64,000 nt of DNA, from NCBI RefSeq assembly GCF_018350175.1, contig NC_058368.1, positions 228,038,001 to 228,102,000 of the forward strand, written 5' to 3'. Source of the DNA: Felis catus. Taxonomy: Eukaryota. Below are positions 51,306 through 61,600 of this stretch, in pieces (position 1 is the first letter of the stretch; every line of letters begins with the position of its first letter). The notes under the pieces were generated by a model. The model worked only from the letters and a program-made list of their open reading frames with translations. It was not told the DNA's origin and did no database searches. Made by a program: the position numbers and the translations under genes.

Positions 51306-54300
51306 CACACCACGTTTTCTTTATCCATTCATCCATCGATGGACATTTGGGCTCTTTCCATACTTTGGCTGTTGTTGATAGTGCTGCTATAAACATGGGG
51401 GTGCGTGTGTCCCTTCGAAACAGCACACCTGTATCCCGTGGATAAATGCCTAGTAGTGCCATTGCTGGGTCGTAGGGTAGTTCTATTTTTAGTTTTGTGA
51501 GGAACCTCCATACTGTCTTCCAGAGTGGCTGCACCAGCTTGCATTCCTACCCCTTCATCTTTTTAAAGCATGTTCCCTATGCTGTTGATATAAATTTCTC
51601 TCTCTCTCTCTTTTTTTGGTTTTAGATACCTTTGAAATAGCATCTGTAAACTTACCCATTCCTGTGCAAACCAGGAACTATTATAAGAATGTGTCTGATA
51701 ACAAAGAGATTGTGAAATTAGTCTCTGTGCTTAGCACAATCATCAACTCCACCAAAAAGGTATGTCAAAAGGATTTGCCACCAGAACCCTTTGCTTTACA
51801 ATATGTACTTGTGTGAATGTCACAAGCTTGTGTCCTACACGTAGCCTGGGTCTCACCCACGGTGCCTTTGGTGAGGAGCTGTGGAATCTTGGATGTGCTC
51901 AGCAAATGTTTGTTTACCTAAAACTTTTTCTTTCTAGGTTGCGAGGTGAAAAAGGACCATTATTCCTATGTTTTATGTTGTGTTCTGTTTAATGCTTTAA
52001 GTCTACGTATTTACTGATTTAGTACAAATAAACCTAACTGTTAAAAAATTTTAAGGGGTGCCGGGTGGCTCAGTCAGTTAAGTGTCTGATTCTTGGTTTC
52101 GGCTCAGGTCATGATCTCACAGTTCGTGGCTTCGAGCCCCACATCGGGCTCTGCAGCCAACAGCGTGGAGGCTGCTTGGCGTTCTCTTTCTCTCCCTCTC
52201 TCTCTGGCCCTCCCGCACTTTTACTGTCTCTCTCAAAATAAGTACATAAACTTAAAAAATTCAAACCACAAGTGAGTACTAGTCAGTACTGACTAGTATC
52301 ATCTGAAGCAGAATAAGGCTTATACTTAATTTTTCCTATTTGTGTAGTCAGGTAAATCTCATAAACTATCAGATGAAAACGTATGTGTATTACCACACGG
52401 AGACGAGGTCATAGGGAAAATAAAGCAAATAGGTGTTATCAATTCAAGCTTGTACTCAAAAGGGGTGTACATTAGGATTAAGTTTTCTTCCAACCTGTTC
52501 CTCTCTCAGCTCCCCCCTTTCTGTTCAGGCAAGCCTGTTTTTGTCAAAAGGATTCAGAACCCTGAAGTCAGCTTCTACTTACGCACAATTTATATCCACA
52601 CTGCCGCCAATACCTGTTGACTCTTTAAAAATGTCTCTCCGTGTTGAGGGAATAGTTGTCACTCAGCAAATACATCTTTTCTATTACTCGGTTCTGATAG
52701 AATGAGCTTCATTTGTTTGAAAACATTTTGAGAGCTGCCGTTGCTGTAACCATGTGAAGAAATATTATTAAGTTTAATTTTAATGTGTTCCTGAGGGAAC
52801 TGGAAGCTTTTGCATTTATGCATTTTCAATATTCCTTTCTTAAGATATTGAAGGTCCTGTATTTAATTTTGCCTTAGGGACAGTGTTCACATAATTCAAT
52901 TTAACAAATATTTATCTAGTGCTTAGTTTATCAAGCTCTGTATGCATGATAAAGGTAAGTATTTTATGGTGATGATAAACATTCAGATATATTTCCAAAT
53001 GTTGCAGTAATCATGGAACATACAATGAAATAAATCAATAATGAAGCTCATTACTTTCTCTGAATATAAGCAGCCACTATTATGAAAATCTAAGGGTAAG
53101 CATAGTCGTTGAAATTAGCATACTGCTGGCAACAAAATGCTTATCTCTGCGTTATTTCTGTCGCATTTGCTTTTATATTACACGAAGGAAGTGTGCAAAT
53201 CTTAGGCACTTAGAATAACTTGGACTTTTTCCAGACTGACGAGATGGACATAGTGTTTCTGGAAGAATAACTACACACTTCGTCATCATACTAGACATGA
53301 TCAGCTCTCTATAGCCAAAGACCCTTCTGGGTGATTCTGGCTCAACTATGGAAAATCCTCTGACCCCAGCCCTTTTCTTCTTGCCATCGCTGACTGGATC
53401 AGATTGTAAACCTGACCTACATTCAGCAGATCCGTAGGCTAGCCACCAACTTACACCATTGCCTGGCTTGGAAAGATGAGCTGGACCAAACAATTTAAAT
53501 AACCTTGGCAATAAAAATAGCTTCAGCTCTACACCCGCAGTTCGTGCAATTTTTCCTTTAAGCCCTAGGTTACCTCCACTTTAAAAATTTCCAACTTGAT
53601 AAAGAGTGACACCGTCAGAAAAGATAAATGAGAGTCTCAACGTATTTAGGTAGGGTATGTTCTTAATATTATAAAGTCTAGGATGTTTAAAGAGCTCAGG
53701 ATTCTGGAATTTCTACCCATATTTTGGCATCTTTGGTAATCTGTAATTCATTCTCCACGTCATCCTACAGTTGTGAATGTCTACATACTGTTGCAATTCA
53801 TTCTGGGTGTGCATGTCAACATCTCAGTCCATGCAAGGGGGTCACTTTGGCTGGGATAAGTCGTGGCGGGCTTAGCTTTCCAATTTTAATTGAAGTCTGG
53901 GACGTCTCAACAGCTATTACACCCAAGGCATGTGGGACACTTTCACTACATTTGGGGATTGGAGTGAAGCCATTTGGTTTAGTGCAGGTTGGTAAGCTTT
54001 ATTTAAGTGACTGGGCCATTTAGAATGCTGTTGGTATGCTATATTTTTTCAAATAATGGCATTTTATTTATTTATTTTTATTTATTTATTTAAAAAAAAT
54101 TTTTTTTAACGTTTGTTTATTTTTGAGACACAGAGAGACAGAGCATGAACAGGGGAGGGGCAGAGAGAGAGGGAGACACAGAATCTGAAACAGGCTCCAG
54201 GCTCTGAGCAGTCAGCACAGAGCCCAACATGGGGCTCGAACTCACGGACCGCGAGATGGTGACCTGGCTGAAGTCGGACGCTTAACCGACTGCGCCACCC

Positions 54301-55660
54301 AGGCGCCCCTCAAATAATGGCATTTTAAATTCTATCCCAGTTAAAACATTTTTTTCTCACGCAGATGTATCTCTGAAATTATAATATAAGCCAATAGAAA
54401 AAGTTGATTTCCAAGAGGTAGACGCATAAGAAATGAGGAGCCAAATCTTTAATTATTTATAGGTGATATGATTATCTATTATATAAATCCAAGAGGCTGA
54501 TCTAAAAAAAAAAATATGGCCCAATGAGAGTCAGGTTAGAGTTCGTTGAAAGATAATTATAGGCATTTCTGCTGTCATACAATAAACATTCCTGAAAACA
54601 CTGTTTTGCAAAGTTGCACATCAAATATAATACGGATTATGAGAAAAACAGAATTGAGGCAGACACACAAAACCTAGGAAAGTTTGTAACCGAGTAGTTA
54701 CAAAAACAGGGGCAATCATAGTAAAATTTTAACCCATTTAAAAATGGTATCGTAAATAAAGAACTTTACTATTAAAAGGTGACAGAACTTGGTAAAAGGT
54801 GGGTGTGAGAAACAGTTGAAACAAGGATTAGATGTCCACAGATCAGGCTGAACTGTGCAGAGAACAGCCTCAAAACAAAGCAGGACCAAACTGGCCCCAA
54901 AGGAAAAAGTGCTGGAAGGGGCGTGCACACACAATTGCGCCCCTCCGCGGCCGGCTGCTTTAGCTGGTACAGAACAGCATGCTGGGAAAAATAGCATTTG
55001 ATAATGTCACCTCCCCATTATGTTGACATCATTCTCTAGTTACCAAACATGAATGAGCCAGTTCATCTTACAGAAGCACACTTTGTAGCAAACAGGACTG
55101 TTGATTAAAAAATCATTTTTTTAAACTTAGATGCCATCCATAGCCAGTTGTAAAAATAGTGGAAAAGAGATCCTGTTTACAATAATCACATCGCTGAAAA
55201 ATACCTAGGAATATGCGCCATAAAGAGTGTCTGGAGTCTCTATGAAGATTCCCATAACACCTAACATGTAATTAAAAAAACAATTGGAAGATTTGGAAGC
55301 ACATACTGTGTTCCTGGATGGGAAGATTTAATATTGCACAGGCGTCACTTCTAATCCAATGAGTTTATACATTTTACGTGGTTTCATGCAATCTGCCAGG
55401 TGGGGTTTGATACAGGATGTATTCTGTTTGCCCCCCCAGATCTTATCTCCATCCTCTGACCTTATGGAACAAATTAATAGTTTTCCATTGAGGCTTCCAA
55501 TAGATTTTACCAACGACAGAGTCGTGGCAGAGGTCTGGGGCTGGGGGCGGGGGGTGTGGGACAGGGGAAAGAGAGTGACCTTAGCATAATTTTTTCCATA
55601 GCCCCCCTGTTGTGGCATGATTTTGAACTGTGGGTTTTTAAAAAAAAATTTTGATTTAGT

Positions 55661-55697
<37 letters not shown>

Positions 55698-58600
55698 ATG
55701 AGCAGGGGTAGGGCAGAGAGAGAAGGAGACACAGAATCCGAAGCAGGCTCCAGGCCCTGAGCTGTCAGCACAGAGCCCCACACAAGGCTCTCTAACTTAC
55801 GAACCATGAGATCATGACCTGAGCCAAAGTCGGACACTTAACCGACTGAGCCACCCAGGCACCCCTGAACTGTGGTTTTTGAATGAAGACCCAACCCCAA
55901 TCAAGAGGGTCTTGTCCACAAAAGTCTTCATGGACTCTCTTTTTCTAGTTTCTAGAAATTGTCCCCTTCTCCTTTTGGCTAGGAAGGCTAACAATTTCAT
56001 TGTTACTACTCCTGAGTTACTATGCCCATATTGTATCTAGTACCAATCCTATGGCATTTTTAAATAATTAAACAGCTCACTAATTAAACATTTTATTATT
56101 TTATTTTATTTTATTTTATTTTATTTTATTTTATTTTATTTTATTTTATTTTATATTTACTTTGAGAGAGAGAGGGGAAGAGTGAGCAGGGAGGTGCAGA
56201 GAGAGAGGTAGAGAGAATCTCAAGCAGGCTCTGCACTGCCATCACAGAGCCCAATGCGGGACTTGAACTCATGAATCGTGAGATCATGACCTGAGCTGAA
56301 ATCAAGAGGCGGATGCTTAACTAACTGAGCCACCCAGGTGCCTCACTAATTAAACATTTAATAAATCCACGGGAACCACCAGCAGTTGAGCAACATTCAC
56401 TTATACCGTGATGCCATTTCCACATCTTCCCTCTGAACACAAATCTGTTATTTGTATTCTAGGAAGTTATTACATCTATGGATTGCTTCAAGCGCTACAA
56501 TCATATTTGGCAAAAAGAGAAAGAAGAAACAATTATGACGGTTATTACAAAAAACCCCTTGCTTTCTGAATTTGAATCTCAGATTGTCTATTTTCAAAAG
56601 CTGGAGCAGGAAATTAATGCCGAGCCGGAGTACATCTGTGTGGGTGCCATTGCTCTGTACACAGGTTGGTTCGTTTTCTTTCATACAGTCATCAGAATTC
56701 AACTGTATTGTTCTGTCTCTTTATGTAGATTAGCATGCCAGAGAGTTCTAGCTGTCTTAAAGTTTTTATGGGCTTCAAGTTTTCAGACCAATTTGTAGAT
56801 TTGTTTTTAATTCCCTTCTGCATAATTCTATATTCTGGACTATTTTGAACACTTTGCTGCTAAACCTTGAAAATAAATGCTATTTCAGAGAAAGAGAATG
56901 AGTGTGTTGTATTTGCAATTAAAATGTACTCTTCCTTTAATAAATAATTGTAAACATTTGAGGCTAATCTTCAATGGTTTTGACATGTACTTTTTAAAGC
57001 ATTTTTGAAATATGTTTCGCATTGTTGTAAGACCAGCTTTATAAAATAAATGAATAAATGATGAGTAGGAAATCTAACTTTTTCCAGTTTAATTTTTTTT
57101 ATGCACCACAAAGCTGTAAGTTGCAAAATGTTTATTATTGGTGAACAGCAGTGCTCTGTTTTTTCATACTGGTTCAAGTTTTTCAAACTGAACTGTGGAC
57201 ATTTGGGTTTTACAGCTGACTTGAAGTTCACTCTGGCTGCTGAGACAAAGGCCTGGATGGTCGTCATCGGTCGTCACTGTAACAAAAAGTACAGGAGTGA
57301 GATGGAAAACATTTTTACACTTGTTGAAGAATTCAATAAAAAACTGAATCGTCAGATTAAAGACCTAGATGATATTCGGATCACTATGGCAGCACTGAAA
57401 GAAATCCGGGAGCAGCAAATCTCCATTGACTTTCAAGTAGGACCTATTGAGGTAACTGATAATCGTTGGTTCATTATGGGAATAGCTCATCATGTTGAGT
57501 GATATTAGCTGAAGTATTGACTAGCTGTGGACTGTAGGGATGGTGGTTACAGATGGATGCTTAACCCAAGAATAATTTCAGTAATGATGATACCTAACCT
57601 TACAGGGTACCTTCTATGGGCCCGTTCTAGACCTTTGCATGGCATCCAAAGTCCCTAACTGCAGAGCCTGAGATGAGGATTTCTGTACAAGTGATCTACT
57701 GATAAGTGCTCATAGGAGAAGGGAGTGTGAGGGAAATAGGAATGATGAGGTCAGATCGGGGGTGGGGTTGCTAAGGGAGGGTGTGAGCTTAGCTGTAGAC
57801 AGATTTCCCACAGGGTGCTCTGGAGCATGAATTCCACACAGTTGCTCCCACTTTGAGGGAAGGGAGACTGCCCTTTGTACCCTGAGACAGTTGGTTATTG
57901 ACCATCATCTCCTCAAGAGGAGACTCCCATTTAGCTGAGGACAGTTTTCCAGGGAAAGAGGCAGCTGCCATTACCCCAGACAGTACTCCTAGCAGTCAGG
58001 ATGGGAATACCAGCTGGAAAACAGAACCTGGATGCAACTGTAGGGGAGGAAAAATTCTTCCTCTACCCTTCAAGATTCTCCAGCTGGCTTAAAACTTAAA
58101 CCGACATGAGACCTACTAATAGGAGTAAAACCAGAGTTTTACTATGTGCACACAGAGGCCCAATAATGAAATTGAGACCTAAAGAAATGACCAAGGCAGG
58201 CCGTTTTTATGCTTTTCAGACAAAGAGACAATAAATCCGTGAGGAATTGACAGGATAAAGAAAACTGAACTTTGGGAGCTTCAATTAGTAAGGAATTCTG
58301 AATAAGTTTTGGGCTGTGGTAGTAAATTAGTAAAAAGAAACAAGCGTTGTTATATAGCCTTCTCAGCTCTAAATGCCCTATCCCTGGTGATAAGGATGTT
58401 TCTTTACCTCCTGGTTCTGAGAGGCTGCCTTTCACACAGGAGATTTGTTTCCTGGTTTCTGGAGAAAAAGTCGGGCAGCGTGTCAGAGAGTTCTTTTTGA
58501 ATTGGCTATTTCTTAAGTGACTTTTGTTCAAAATAATGTGGCAAAGTGGCACATTTTGGTCCCTATAGGTACTAACAGTGTCCATTCATGTATTAATTCT

Positions 58601-61600
58601 GTATTAACACATTTAATCCTTACTCAACACCTCGTTTAACATAAGGAAACCAAGGGTCAAAGAAATTATTCAGCTTGATATGTGTTACACATTTCTTTTA
58701 AAATTATGCTGTATCATATTTTCTCTCCTGTATGAAATTGTTTGCTCAGGAACGGATCACTGTATTATTCTTTTGAATGAAACCAGTATGATTATAGCAT
58801 TAAAATGATTCCAGAAAAAAAAATACCATTTTAGCACTTCATAACTTAAATGTCTGGACTTAACTTCTTTAAAAAAATTTTTTTTATTAAGTTTATTTAT
58901 TTATTTTGAGAGAAAGACAGAGAGAGTGAGCAGGAGAAGGGCAAAGAGAGGGAGAGAGAGAGAATTCCAAGCAGGCTCCATGCTGTCAGCGTGGAGCCCC
59001 ATGCAGGGGTCAAACTCACGAACCGTGAGATCATGACCTGAGCCGAAACCAAGAGTTGGACGCTTAACTGACTGAACCACCCAGGCATCCCTGGACTTAA
59101 ATTCTGATGGTGAGGATTGTACACCAGTCTCACATTTTCTGTGCCCCTCTTTGAATTTTGGAAAGTTTCAAATAACCATGAAGATGGTTCAGATAATTAA
59201 ATGCTTGCACCTTTGCCGTATTGGGTCAGGAAAATCATGTGGCCCACCGTGCCCTTCTTGGGAATTGAAACATAAGATAAAGAGTCCCTGCTTTGTGTAG
59301 AACTAGGAGCGTCCCTGGGCATTTGAAGGGAAGGCCCAGTAACCGACATCCCTGTTTCCCCCTGTCTGAGCATTCAGACAAAACTGTAGTCAAGTAGTCA
59401 AGGTAAAAATACAACCTTTTGTTCCTGATAGAACTTATTTGGAAGACATGGCTTAGTGTACAAACTCCCATATTCCCATTACCACCCAAATCCATGCGCA
59501 CACACTGCTTGTGACGACTACATCCCAGAATTGTTGAACTTATTTGTGCGTCAGAAGCAGAATTGAAAAGCTGCAGGCCCCTCTATTACCCTGCTTCACT
59601 CTATTTAAAAAAAAAATTTAATGCTTTATTTTTGAGAGAGAGAGACAGAGAGCGAGCGAGCGTGCATGAGTGGTAGAGGGGCAGAGAGAGAGGGAGACAC
59701 AGAATCGGAAGCAGTCTCCGGGCTCCGAGCTGTCAGCACAGAGCCCGACATGGGGCTTGAACTCACGAACCGTGAGATCGTGATATGAGCCGAAGTCGGA
59801 CGCTTCACTGAGCCATTCAGGCACCGCACCCTGCTTCACTCTATTGACACTGGAGGGCAGACCAGTGGGTTGCCTTCAAGGAGGAAGAAGAAAGAGGGAG
59901 AAAGGCACTGGGCTAGGCTTGCCCACATCAAGTCTTTTACCCAAATTAATGATCAGGTATTCGTTCCACCTGTATGGAGAGAACTAATGCCGGGAGACGA
60001 GGGCAGAGATATTTAGGGAAAATCCTTTCTCATGAAAACCAAACTCTTTTAGCCAAGAGAGTAGACGAGAATTTTGCATCTTGAGGTCAATGACTGGGCT
60101 CAGGCTTTGATGCAGCAGTACCCTTGTGTGTCTTACTATTGGAACCTCTTACCAACAAAATGAAATGGGATAGAGTTAAAACCCTGATTTATTTTATTAT
60201 GCTAATATTAGCAGTTAGATTATCTTATGTTTTTCATCTCGAAGTCTTGAAATACAACTTAGGGGCCTAAATAAAAATACCTTTTATTTGCATAATGGTT
60301 TATAGTTTTTGAAATTCATTTAAAATGATATTTGTGGATATTCACAAAAATCCTGTGAAGCAGCCAGGAATTTTCTCATTTTACCGTAGAGGAAACTGAA
60401 GCTTAGGGGCCCGGTTGCTCATTTAAGCTTTTATGGTTTGCAAGAAGGAAAGAACTCTCGGGGTAGTTTCCCTATCATACTGATCTTTTCCATTCTATCA
60501 CTTTAATAAGTGAGTGAGTAGATTTACGCATCTGACCGGCAGAAATTAAATTTTCCTTCTTTCGTGTAGGAATCCTATGCCCTGCTTAACAAATACGGTC
60601 TTCTCATAACAAAGGAAGAGATGGACAAAGTTGATACTCTGCGCTATTCTTGGGAGAAGCTTCTGACACGTGCCAGTGAAGTTCAGAACGAATTAGTCTC
60701 ACTGCAGCCCCGTTTCAGGAAGGAGCTAATTAGTACCGTGGAGGTCTTCCTCCGAGACTGTCACCACTTCTATTTGGACTATGATTTGGTACAACTCTGG
60801 TTTTTCCTGTTTGTATTTTTGGGAAGAGTCAATAGAGCCGGCAAAGTGCATAAAGATTCTATGCCAAGTTTCATGACTCTCCCTAGAGAGTTTCATGAAT
60901 GAAATGGGAGTTTCATTTTCATGAGAGCAATCCAGGAAATGAGGAATCTAAAAGTGCAATCCATATTATATCATTGGTCTGTTCCTGAAGTTGTTTGGTA
61001 GCTTTCTAACTTTGTGTGGCCAAATCCTGTTCACATGTGGTTAAATGTCATCCTTCTGCAGCTTTCCCTAGTTCCATAAACACTGTAGAGCACCCAGCGT
61101 GTGGCAGGCACTGACCTTGGTGCGGAACACACCAACGTGGACAAGACAGATGAGTTCCTGTTTTAGTCCTTCATCTATGAGTTTTAGTGCAGACTCTTCT
61201 GCACTAGGAGTATGTGCACTAAGACCCACTTCTAACCGATCATAATACACTAGAGAAAGGAAATATGCGAAGGGTACAGTTTGTACCTGTTAAGTAGGAA
61301 CACACAAAACCACAAAGTTAACGAAGTTATGAGGTTGGATCCATGCACTAACATGGATGAAGCAGCACAGAAGTCCACGTATTGAAGGCGTTCTAATGTA
61401 GGAAAGCCCGACTGGAATGTTAAGATTCTATGTCACTCTGCAAATAAATATTAGAATGCTAAAAGCTGTGAGTTCCGTGGCATTGGTGTTTTAGTTCAAA
61501 ACCAGGCATGATACGTGCTTCCTATAGACTGCTTACTGACCCTTCCTCGCCTGGTCGCCTAAGAAATGAGAAGTACTCATTTTTAATTTTAAGAATTTCC

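Noticed and set aside
807..59839. Many recurring 60-120 aa ORFs (GAWVAQSV..., ...[14 protein letters not shown]..., [16 protein letters not shown]...) that look like a multicopy protein family
   Set aside because: They are chance translations of Can-SINE copies, which are non-coding.
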